Below, piece after piece: positions 20,786-29,075 of a DNA stretch of 64,000 bases. The position numbers were made by a program, and so were the translations under genes. This DNA is from an uncultured Veillonellaceae bacterium (GTDB taxonomy: Bacteria > Bacillota > Negativicutes > JARBTT01): contig CAWDTA010000005.1 of NCBI GenBank assembly GCA_963805085.1, positions 448,001 to 512,000 on the forward strand, in the 5' to 3' direction. Position 1 is the stretch's first letter. Every line of letters starts with the position of its first letter. The notes under the pieces are model-generated. The model saw only the letters and a program-made list of their open reading frames with translations, did no database searches and had not been told where the DNA came from.

Positions 20786-21097
20786 TTAATGTCTTTTATC
20801 GTGTTGACTAAAGCATTCTCGACAATATACTGGTCGGTCACCACTAGGACGGAATGGAACTTCCGTTTCTTTACCGCAAGCTGAACATGTCACTGTATGC
20901 ATTTCACGCTGAGGACGGTCATTGCCTCGACTATATCCACCACTTCTATCATTACTTTGTTTTCGTGCAGCTCTACAGCTTGGGCAACGTCCAGGTTCAT
21001 TGGTGAAGCCCTTTTCAGCGAAAAAATCCTGCTCAGATGCACTAAAAGTAAATGGGGTGTTACAATCGCGACAAGTTAGTTCTTTGTCTTGACTCAT
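20786..21097 (-). CDS. zinc-ribbon (CxxC-x17-CxxC) domain protein
   Basis: DKELTCRDC, EQDFFAEKGF.NEP.RC..CR, CSACG..TEVPFRP..DRPVYCREC; ATG at 21097 after AGGAGG. Confidence 0.92.
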   Translation of the reverse strand: MSQDKELTCRDCNTPFTFSASEQDFFAEKGFTNEPGRCPSCRAARKQSNDRSGGYSRGNDRPQREMHTVTCSACGKETEVPFRPSGDRPVYCRECFSQHDKRH

Positions 21098-21278
21098 AAT
21101 AGATACCTCCTGTGAATTGTTAAATGATATTTTTGTAATATTAAATTTTCTCACTAGATATCATTTGCAAAATAAATGATAAAATACCTTGAAGATAATG
21201 ACAGTACCAATGACACCATGAAAGCTGTAGCGGGCAAAATGCTCAGTTTTCATGGTGTTACACTTAAGGCTCTTAATT

Positions 21279-21458
21279 TTATTTATACTGAGGATTGGTT
21301 TGATTTTTTTCTCGGTATTTGGCTTGCTGTTGTCGTTGCTTTGCAAGTTTTGCATTATCAATAGGTTGAATCTTATCACCAAAACTATCCATCAATAACT
21401 TTTCAACTTCTTGTGGTGTTAACGTGTAATTTTTTGCTTCCTTCCAATCTTGTCCCAT
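21279..21458 (-). CDS. small hypothetical protein (59 aa), not in ORF track
   Basis: GAAGGGA RBS then MGQDWKEAKNYTLTPQEVEKLLMDSFGDKIQPIDNAKLAKQRQQQAKYREKNQTNPQYK*. Confidence 0.7.
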   Translation of the reverse strand: MGQDWKEAKNYTLTPQEVEKLLMDSFGDKIQPIDNAKLAKQRQQQAKYREKNQTNPQYK

Positions 21459-21599
21459 GGTACCATCCCTTCTAAAATGAGTTGTTTCTTCTTAAACAAC
21501 GCCAATGTTAAGTCAACTATTTTCTAATATGCCCATTATAAAACTTTTTATAGTAATTAAATGTTTAGAATCAATATTGATTGCTATGGGGCAATACAT

Positions 21600-22292
21600 T
21601 TACAAATTAAGAGCATAACTTAGAAAATTATTTATCAAATGAATAAAGATACAAGGCCATAATGAATTTGATTTTTTTAATATATATCCCAGGAGTAATC
21701 CAAAGCAAAAAATAAAGTTTATACTACCTATCACATTATAATGTGAAAAATAACCAAGACTAAACCACTTAGGAAAGTGTATGAATACAAATACTAAAGA
21801 ACTAAGAGCATTTGCTTTTCTAAAGATCATTACATTTGCTAGCTTTTGCAAAAGTATGCCTCGAAATATAATTTCGTCCATAAATGCTGCTAAAATAATT
21901 GCATCAATCCATATAGAGATAGATAAAAGCGGATTGAAATTTATATAGCTTAAAAGTTGATATTGCGTATTTAAAGAGAGAATGATTAGAAAAACAATAG
22001 AGATTATTATATAGTTCATTCCCGACGTTATATTACTATCTAGCTTTAAAAATTTTACAATGTTAACTTTTTCATAATAGGCTAAATAAAAATATGCAGG
22101 TAATGTCATCAATAATAGTTTATCAAGGCCTAGGTGAAATAGCTTATAAAAAAAAGGATCATTATTTTTAAAATAGAAATCTAGATAGAATATATAGATT
22201 GACCAGAGTATAAAAATAAAAAGAATGAATGTGATTAGAGACAGGATATTTTTATTTTTGCTATCAAACATAGAGAATAGTGATTTTTTCAT
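21600..22292 (-). CDS. CPBP (Abi/CAAX) family intramembrane metalloprotease
   Basis: DEIIFRG, FVFIH, SLWPCIFIH.INN motifs; multiple TM helices. Confidence 0.88.
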   Translation of the reverse strand: MKKSLFSMFDSKNKNILSLITFILFIFILWSIYIFYLDFYFKNNDPFFYKLFHLGLDKLLLMTLPAYFYLAYYEKVNIVKFLKLDSNITSGMNYIIISIVFLIILSLNTQYQLLSYINFNPLLSISIWIDAIILAAFMDEIIFRGILLQKLANVMIFRKANALSSLVFVFIHFPKWFSLGYFSHYNVIGSINFIFCFGLLLGYILKKSNSLWPCIFIHLINNFLSYALNL

Positions 22293-22790
22293 AGCTAAAA
22301 TCTCCTCCTAAAAATCTCTAAACAAAATAAAGGAAAGCAAATCATTAGCTTTAAGCATTTATAATATTTTTTACTCTTACTATGTGGATATTTTGGGATT
22401 GCGATTGTATATAAAGAAGTTACAAAAAAATGAACACTTAAATATAGTGGTCATTTTTATCGGTATTATTCGTATTCATTCCATACGATGATTGCTATTT
22501 GAAATGAGCAATTACTATTTATAAATTAATTCATTATATTAAAATTCAAGATCTGCTTTACTTAGGATAGCGTACTTTTAGTTTTATCATGTCTAATTTG
22601 AGATAATAGACGCTCGGTTGGTAATATGTATAGAATAGCTAGGCATATTTATTGGGCGATTGAAAAGAAAGTAAAAGTATCTGTCTGAAAAATCTTTGAT
22701 AGTAATCGTAGCATAGAATACTAGGTAATGCAATCTTGCTATAGTTTATTCAATCATTTCTACTCTAGTTAGAACTTTAATTAGAATGAA

Positions 22791-22820
22791 TTGACAAATA
22801 TATAGTTGTATGATACAAAT
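22791..22820 (+). promoter_or_regulatory. sigma-A-like promoter overlapped by a probable MarR operator
   Basis: TTGACA at 22791; palindrome TTGTAT-G-ATACAA at 22806-22818. Confidence 0.6.
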
Positions 22821-22828
22821 TAATATAG

Positions 22829-23299
22829 GTGATGGGAGTGAAAGATATAGTTAGTGAAGAAGAAAAATACAATCGTTGTGTAGAAGATATTGGTGAATTA
22901 CTGCAAAAGGCGGTGCGAACTTTTCAAATTTTTGAGAGGGGCCAGATTAAGGTACATGGCTTTACCAGCTCTCAATGCTATATAGTACTGGAAATATATA
23001 AACACGAGACGCTTTCAATTAATGAAATTAGTGAAAAGATGCATCTTGAGATTAGTACTATTACTAGAATTATGAACAATTTAGTTCGGGATGGGTTTAT
23101 TCTTCGTAAAAAATCTAGCTACGATAAAAGAGTTGTAGAGGCTGTTCTTACGGAAAGTGGTAAAAAAGCTGCTTTCAAATTGCAAAAAAGCATTGCAAAT
23201 TATTATAAAGATGTCATTTCAAACTTGCCACGTGGTCATGTTCGTGAAGTGATGAGTGCAGTAGAACTACTTGTAACCGCTTTAGAAAAAGCTAAGTAG
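22829..23299 (+). CDS. MarR-family transcriptional regulator
   Basis: LSINEISEKMHLEISTITRIMNNLVRDGFILR....DKR....LTESG. Confidence 0.92.
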   Translation: MMGVKDIVSEEEKYNRCVEDIGELLQKAVRTFQIFERGQIKVHGFTSSQCYIVLEIYKHETLSINEISEKMHLEISTITRIMNNLVRDGFILRKKSSYDKRVVEAVLTESGKKAAFKLQKSIANYYKDVISNLPRGHVREVMSAVELLVTALEKAK

Positions 23300-23320
23300 T
23301 AAAGAGTTAGATAGTTCTTG

Positions 23321-23363
23321 TTCCTTACATTATATTTGTATAATACAAATATAATGTAAGGAA
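23321..23363. promoter_or_regulatory. perfect 21-bp inverted repeat, probable MarR operator
   Basis: TTCCTTACATTATATTTGTAT-A-ATACAAATATAATGTAAGGAA; same TTGTATnATACAA core as 22806. Confidence 0.65.
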
Positions 23364-23425
23364 TAGGTAAAGATAATAGTGAAGTGTCTAAAAAAAATGA
23401 ATTAAAATGGAAAGAGGTATTTGGT

Positions 23426-24667
23426 ATGCGAGAAAATTTTATTCAACAGCTATTCGCGGATCGTATTGGTGGAAGTAATTTCGGGAATGACGCAGTGCTA
23501 TATAAATTTGAAAAAATAAAAAGAGCTAAAAGAGAGGCGTGTAAGCACAATCCAAAAGTGAAATTGATTGATCTTGGAGTGGGCGAACCAGACTGGATGG
23601 CAGAGAATGAAGTTATAGAAATTTTATACAGTGAAGCGAAGCTGAAAGAAAATAGAGGATATACCGATAATGGTATGCAAGAGTTTAAGAATGCCGCTAT
23701 CCATTATATGGAAAAGGTTTATCAGGTGCATAATCTTAACTCAGCTAATGAAGTGAATCATGGAATTGGTTCAAAATCGATTTTGGCGCTGTTACCGCTG
23801 GCTTTTATTAATCCTGGTGATATTACGATTATGACTGTACCTGGATATCCTATTATGGGGACTATGACGGAATCATTGGGTGGAGAGGTAGTTAGTTTAC
23901 CACTATTAGTTGAAAATAATTATTTGCCTGATTTAAATTCTTTGACAACAGAACAACGCCATAGAGCTAAATTATTGTATATTAACTATCCTAACAATCC
24001 AACTGGAGCTACAGCGACGAAAGCATTTTTTGAAAAAGTCGTAGAGTTTGCCAGAGCAAACAAGATCATCGTCGTATCAGATGCTGCTTATGCAGCACTT
24101 ACCTTTGATGGAGAACGCCCGCTTAGCTTTTTATCTATTGAAGGCGCAAGAGATGTTGGGATCGAAGTTCATTCGTTATCCAAAGCTTTCAATATGACAG
24201 GCTGGAGACTGGCATTTGTTTGTGGCAATGAATTAGTAATCAAAGGTTTTGCAACAGTAAAAGATGACAATGATTCTGGTCAGTTTGCTGCCATTCAAAA
24301 GGCTGGAATTTATTGTTTGCAGCATCCTGAAATAACGGAAAAAACAGCTTTAAAATATTCCCGTCGCCATACTTTGCTGGTAAATGCACTAAAGCATATT
24401 GGTTTTTCAGTTACTAAACCTAAAGCATCATTTTATTTGTATGTTGCTATTCCTAAGAGTACTAAAAATGGAAGGCATTTTATATCGGCAGAAGATTTTT
24501 CGGATTTTTTAATTAGAGAAAAATTAATTTCTACTGTTCCATGGGATGATGCGGGGGCATATATTAGAATTTCTGTTACTTTTGAAGCAAAAGATGAAGC
24601 AGAAGAAGAAAAGATCATTGGCGAAATAGTGCGTCGTTTAGATGAAGTTGGCTTCGTTTTTGAATAA
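23426..24667 (+). CDS. dapL: LL-diaminopimelate aminotransferase-like class I/II aminotransferase
   Basis: FADRIGG..FG...YKFEKIKRAK, DLGVGEPD, NYPNNPTG, SLSKAFNMTGWR, DSGQF.AIQ; ATG at 23426 (ORF track 23384). Confidence 0.88.
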   Translation: MRENFIQQLFADRIGGSNFGNDAVLYKFEKIKRAKREACKHNPKVKLIDLGVGEPDWMAENEVIEILYSEAKLKENRGYTDNGMQEFKNAAIHYMEKVYQVHNLNSANEVNHGIGSKSILALLPLAFINPGDITIMTVPGYPIMGTMTESLGGEVVSLPLLVENNYLPDLNSLTTEQRHRAKLLYINYPNNPTGATATKAFFEKVVEFARANKIIVVSDAAYAALTFDGERPLSFLSIEGARDVGIEVHSLSKAFNMTGWRLAFVCGNELVIKGFATVKDDNDSGQFAAIQKAGIYCLQHPEITEKTALKYSRRHTLLVNALKHIGFSVTKPKASFYLYVAIPKSTKNGRHFISAEDFSDFLIREKLISTVPWDDAGAYIRISVTFEAKDEAEEEKIIGEIVRRLDEVGFVFE

Positions 24668-24753
24668 GTGAATGAACAACCATTTATTTATAATGCAAGA
24701 AATTTATTGATTAATTCTTCTAAATCTAAAAAAATGTGGGGATAAGATAAATT

Positions 24754-26013
24754 ATGAATACTTTAAAAAAAATATTTTTGTTTAATAATGATAACTACTA
24801 TATTCAGAATCAAAACTTACTTTCTATTTGTGAACAATTTGAAACACCTTTCTATTTATATGATTTAAATTTGGTCTTGCAGCAATATAAAAGTTTATAT
24901 AATTATATAGACTGGCCTAAATTGAAGATATATTATGCGATGAAGGCAAACTACAATGTTGATATCTTGAAGATGCTTAGGAATAACAATGCATATTTAG
25001 ATACAGTGAGTCCAACTGAGGTTTTATTGGCCTTGAAACTCGGATATAAGAAAGATCATATTTTATTTACAGCTAATAATATGACTGAGGCTGAAATGCA
25101 TTTAATTAAAAAACATAATATTTTATTTAATATAGACTCTATTTCATGTCTAGAAAAGTATGCTAAAGAGTATCCTGAAACTGAAATTTGTTTGCGGTTT
25201 AACTCTGATGTAATTGCTGGTGAAAATGAAAAAGTACAAACTGGAGGTGATCTTACTAAATTTGGTATATTGCTTAAAGATGTATCGATAGTAAATAAAA
25301 TTATAAACCATTATAATTTAAAGGTTATTGGCTTACATGAACACACTGGTAGTGGAATATCTGAAACAGAAAAAGTATACCAGGGAATGAAAAATTTATT
25401 AAGTATCGCTACAAGAGAAAACTTTCCTCATTTACGCTTTATTGATTTCGGTGGAGGTTTTAAAGTCCCATATCATCCAGAGGAGCCGATCGTTAATTAT
25501 AATGAATTTGGAAATAAAATAACACGTATTTTTTCGGAGTATTGTAAAAACTACGGAGATGATTTATATATGTATTTTGAGCCTGGAAAATACACTGTAG
25601 CAGAAGCTGGGTCCTTAATCATGAAGGTTAATACGATAAAAAATAATAAGGGGCGCCTAATAGTAGGTACCGATTCAGGTTTTCCACAGTTCATAAGGCC
25701 AGTTTTTTATGGAGCTTACCATCATATTTTAAATATAAGTAATCCGCTAGGCTGCTTGAAACAATATGATATTTGTGGAAATACATGTGAAACAGGGGAT
25801 TGTTTTGCAAATGAGCGTATGCTTCCAGAAATTCGCGAAGGCGATTATTTGGCAATATTAAATGCAGGGGCTTATTGCTTCGCAATGGCTTCAATCTATA
25901 ATTTGAGACCACTGCCAGCTGAAATTGTTATTTTCGACAATCAACTTAAACAGTCACGTGCTAAAATGACCTCTGAGGAATTAGCCAATCAAGTACTTGC
26001 CGAATATAAATAA
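24754..26013 (+). CDS. lysA: diaminopimelate decarboxylase
   Basis: TPFYLYD, YAMKAN, TKFG, H.HTGS, DFGGG, FEPGK, GNTCETGD, AGAY..MAS.YN.RP. Confidence 0.9.
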   Translation: MNTLKKIFLFNNDNYYIQNQNLLSICEQFETPFYLYDLNLVLQQYKSLYNYIDWPKLKIYYAMKANYNVDILKMLRNNNAYLDTVSPTEVLLALKLGYKKDHILFTANNMTEAEMHLIKKHNILFNIDSISCLEKYAKEYPETEICLRFNSDVIAGENEKVQTGGDLTKFGILLKDVSIVNKIINHYNLKVIGLHEHTGSGISETEKVYQGMKNLLSIATRENFPHLRFIDFGGGFKVPYHPEEPIVNYNEFGNKITRIFSEYCKNYGDDLYMYFEPGKYTVAEAGSLIMKVNTIKNNKGRLIVGTDSGFPQFIRPVFYGAYHHILNISNPLGCLKQYDICGNTCETGDCFANERMLPEIREGDYLAILNAGAYCFAMASIYNLRPLPAEIVIFDNQLKQSRAKMTSEELANQVLAEYK

Positions 26014-26072
26014 TTTCACAAATAAAAGCTAGTCTAATTCTATAATTTAGAATTATAATGGCGTACACTTGG

Positions 26073-26135
26073 AAATAAAGTTTTGCTAAATTATGTATTA
26101 ATCTGGCAGGAACTTTATTTTTTATAAGGAAATAA
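26073..26135 (+). promoter_or_regulatory. terminator-like hairpin plus sigma-H-like promoter (repeat family H)
   Basis: AAATAAAGTTTTGCTAAA...TGGCAGGAACTTTATTT...GGAAAT. Confidence 0.55.
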
Positions 26136-26247
26136 ACATTGATATAAAGATGTGATATAAAAATATTAGAAAAGAAATATCTTGGTGAAAATTGGTATTT
26201 GGTTATGGATTTAGTTGCAATTAAAAAACAAGAGGGAATGATAAATT

Positions 26248-26784
26248 ATGGAACAGATACAAATACGTAGAAGTATCAGAAAATATCTTAATAAACCAAT
26301 AGTAGATGAAAAAATAATGCAATTAATTGAGAGTGCAAGACTTGCACCATCAGGAAGTAATACCCAACCATGGCGATTTATCATTGTAAAATCAGAATGG
26401 ATGAGGAAAAAAATAGCAGAAACAGCCAATGATCAAAAATGGATGCTATCAGCGCCGGTTTTTATTGTTTGTGTTGCAGATAGCAGTGCAAGGATGAATA
26501 CAGATCCGCAGCTCAAGTTGGATGAGAATAGTCCGCAAGAAGCTGTTAAGCAAATGATAAGAGATACCTCCATTGCTATTGAACATATGATATTAGAAGC
26601 TACAAGTTTAGGTTTAGGAGCCTGTTGGGTTAGCTGGTTTACGCAAAATCAGATCAGACCAATTTTAAGTATTCCGCCTGATAAATATGTAGTTAGTATT
26701 GTTACTCTTGGTTATGCAGACGAGAAGCCAACAGCTAGGCCACGAAAAGAAATTGAAGAAATTGTTCGTTATGAGCATTGGTAA
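26248..26784 (+). CDS. nitroreductase family protein
   Basis: RRSIRKY, ARLAPSGSNTQPWRF, SLGLGACW, LGY. Confidence 0.93.
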   Translation: MEQIQIRRSIRKYLNKPIVDEKIMQLIESARLAPSGSNTQPWRFIIVKSEWMRKKIAETANDQKWMLSAPVFIVCVADSSARMNTDPQLKLDENSPQEAVKQMIRDTSIAIEHMILEATSLGLGACWVSWFTQNQIRPILSIPPDKYVVSIVTLGYADEKPTARPRKEIEEIVRYEHW

Positions 26785-26935
26785 AAAAGGCAAAGTTTGA
26801 AGCAGTTTAGCGAATTGAAAAAATCGTTGTGTAATGACTGGCTGTTATTTAGATTATGATGCTTACCTAAACATATAAGGTTGATAGCAATAAATATGTT
26901 GTAATAAGAAATTACTCTAATGGAGGTTTTAAGTT

Positions 26936-27874
26936 ATGCGCAAAGGATTTTTATTTACCTTGCTTTTTTTTGTTTGTTTCTCAGCAAATGTATTCGCGGA
27001 AAGCTGGAAAGTTCTGCCTGATGGGATTTGTGCAAAGTATGCTGCCCAAGAGTTTGAAAAAATAGCTCCTTCACCTGGTGTGAATTGGCTGAACTATAAC
27101 TATGATTGGATTTTACAGGCACAGCAATCTGGATGGGTCGTGAAGACGACAGTTCGCGATGTTATGGTTGGCGCTATTGTAGAATGGCAAGGGCTTGACC
27201 GAAATGGAGGGCATGTTGCTATCGTAAGGCAAGTGTTATCGGATCGTATTATTGTAGAGGAAAATAACGTAGGTAAGGTAACGGGAAGTAATGACTATAC
27301 ATTTGGCGGTTATCATTATAAAAGCGAGGTAACGGATGGCTGGGGTAAAACAACAATAAGAGCAATTAAATATGAGGATATGCTCAAAATGGATACGAGA
27401 AAATTCATGGGGTATATATGGCCAGTGCGTCAAAGTGATTATGATAAAGAACCGGGGAAATATCAAATTTCTTCTGCTGATCAAATGAATATTAAGGAAC
27501 CTTTATATAAAGGGTTTAAAGAATTTTGGGGCCCGGTTTATATGTTGAAAGAATTTGATAAAATAGCTCCAGCCCCGGGGGTAAATTGGCAAGGAAATGT
27601 GAAAAAATGGATTAAGAATGCACAGGCAACTGGTTGGGTAACAAAAACTGATCCTAGTGAAGCTAAAATAGGTGCATTAGTCATTAGATTTAATCCTACC
27701 AGTAATTTAATTAAAGCTGGTATTATTCGTGATATTAAAAATAATATGATAACAGTTGATGAACGTAAAAATGATCTATATCCATTTACAGAGGTGCTGC
27801 TCATTAATGATTTAAAAGAAATAGATAAAGATGGATATCAGTTTCTAGGATACATTTTGCCAGTGAGGCAATAA
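26936..27874 (+). CDS. secreted protein with tandem CHAP-like domains
   Basis: Signal peptide (..NVFA|ES); C(AKYA)...GAIV...GHVAIV...EEN; internal repeat EF.KIAP.PGVNW...GYI.PVRQ. Confidence 0.75.
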   Translation: MRKGFLFTLLFFVCFSANVFAESWKVLPDGICAKYAAQEFEKIAPSPGVNWLNYNYDWILQAQQSGWVVKTTVRDVMVGAIVEWQGLDRNGGHVAIVRQVLSDRIIVEENNVGKVTGSNDYTFGGYHYKSEVTDGWGKTTIRAIKYEDMLKMDTRKFMGYIWPVRQSDYDKEPGKYQISSADQMNIKEPLYKGFKEFWGPVYMLKEFDKIAPAPGVNWQGNVKKWIKNAQATGWVTKTDPSEAKIGALVIRFNPTSNLIKAGIIRDIKNNMITVDERKNDLYPFTEVLLINDLKEIDKDGYQFLGYILPVRQ

Positions 27875-27883
27875 AAATCTATA

Positions 27884-27925
27884 AAAAATCCTGCTATATG
27901 CATTGCATGGTAGCAGGATTTTTTT
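27884..27925. terminator. bidirectional intrinsic terminator
   Basis: AAAAAATCCTGCTA..TGCA-T-TGCA..TAGCAGGATTTTTT. Confidence 0.85.
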
Positions 27926-27964
27926 CCTCGTTAACGGATTTTTATAAAAAAGAAGCATAGTGCT

Positions 27965-28141
27965 TTAATCTTCGATTTTTAATAGTTTAATCGCCTTTTC
28001 TAAATTGCTTTCTAGTTTTTTAAAGCGTTCCGCTAGGGGGAGTTCACCTTTTTGGCGATAGATAATTTCACTTGCCTGAATGGTAATTCTCAATTTTTCT
28101 AGCTCATTTCGCTTTTTTTCAACCTCTTTAAATAAGTGCAA
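27965..28141 (-). CDS. small coiled-coil hypothetical protein (58 aa), not in ORF track
   Basis: AGGGGG RBS, TTG start: MHLFKEVEKKRNELEKLRITIQASEIIYRQKGELPLAERFKKLESNLEKAIKLLKIED*. Confidence 0.65.
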   Translation of the reverse strand: MHLFKEVEKKRNELEKLRITIQASEIIYRQKGELPLAERFKKLESNLEKAIKLLKIED

Positions 28142-28523
28142 AGTAATACCCCCTTTTGCTTACTGATTTATAGTGGTTATGATTAGAGCTTTATTTCAAT
28201 AATTTACGCGTCAAGTAGATAGCAAAAATACATTTTAGATAAATTTGGCGTATTTTATATAGTAAAAATATAGCCAAATAAGTTTTGTAATACAATTATA
28301 AGTATATCAATTATTATGTTCTAATATATCATTTATAATCATTTTTCTGATAAATTCGTATTTAATGTAGAATGATTTAATCTCACTATGACTCATATTT
28401 TTTGATAATACGTGGCTGATCATCCAATATGTATCAGTTGTGCCTAAAATAAAAATAATAAAATTTTCTATCCGCTATTCTGACATTTAATGTTACCCCT
28501 TTTTATTTTTTTCAACAAACGAA

Positions 28524-28553
28524 ATAACGCCAATCTAGTGGTAGATTGACGTC
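28524..28553 (-). terminator. riboswitch expression-platform terminator
   Basis: Minus strand GACGTCAATCTA-CCAC-TAGATTGGCGTT followed by ATTTCGTTTGTT. Confidence 0.7.
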
Positions 28554-28569
28554 AAGTTCGATTTGTAGG

Positions 28570-28660
28570 TGAAATCGGCAACTTGGCAGTCATAGATATC
28601 TATCCTTAGACCCATAGCTTTGCGTCCCTATCTTTCAATAAGTTTGCTGAAATATTTCCA
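28570..28660 (-). ncRNA. c-di-GMP-I (GEMM-I) riboswitch, A20 variant
   Basis: Minus strand: GAAAT..TCAGCAAACTTATTGAAAGATAGGGACGCAAAGCTATGGGTCTAAGG...ATGACTGCCAAGTTGCCGATTTC, matching the GEMM-I consensus. Confidence 0.92.
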
Positions 28661-28706
28661 TTGTAATTTATTGTTGTTTATTATAAAAAATATATTAACT
28701 TGTATT

Positions 28707-28735
28707 AGCTTATAGCTAGATAAGGTAAAAGTCAA
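28707..28735 (-). promoter_or_regulatory. sigma-A-like promoter upstream of the riboswitch
   Basis: Minus strand TTGACT-N17-TAAGCT. Confidence 0.55.
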
Positions 28736-29075
28736 GAAAAAATAGGACTATTGTCACGAAAAAGGACTTGGAAATCTTACAACATAAGGTCAACGGTAAT
28801 TTAACTATTTTAGAGTATGAACTATGAATTTAAAGACATTCAAGAGATATACAAAGGTTTGATTAGATAAAGTCGCTCAATTATTAATATCTTGTACTTG
28901 ATTATCTATGTGCATTCTAATATTTTTGTCTTAATTTAGATGAAAAATGTTTTATATATACTTATAAGCATTTTTGTTATATATTGAAAAATACTGCCAA
29001 ATAAAGCTATAATGAATGAATAGCTAGTCTTCGTTCTAACATTTGTTTTTACAAAATGATAGGGAGTGGTGGGGG

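Noticed and set aside
21161-21382. ORFs 21161-21382(-) and 21176-21364(+)
   Set aside because: No RBS; they conflict with the better-supported ORF at 21279-21458(-)
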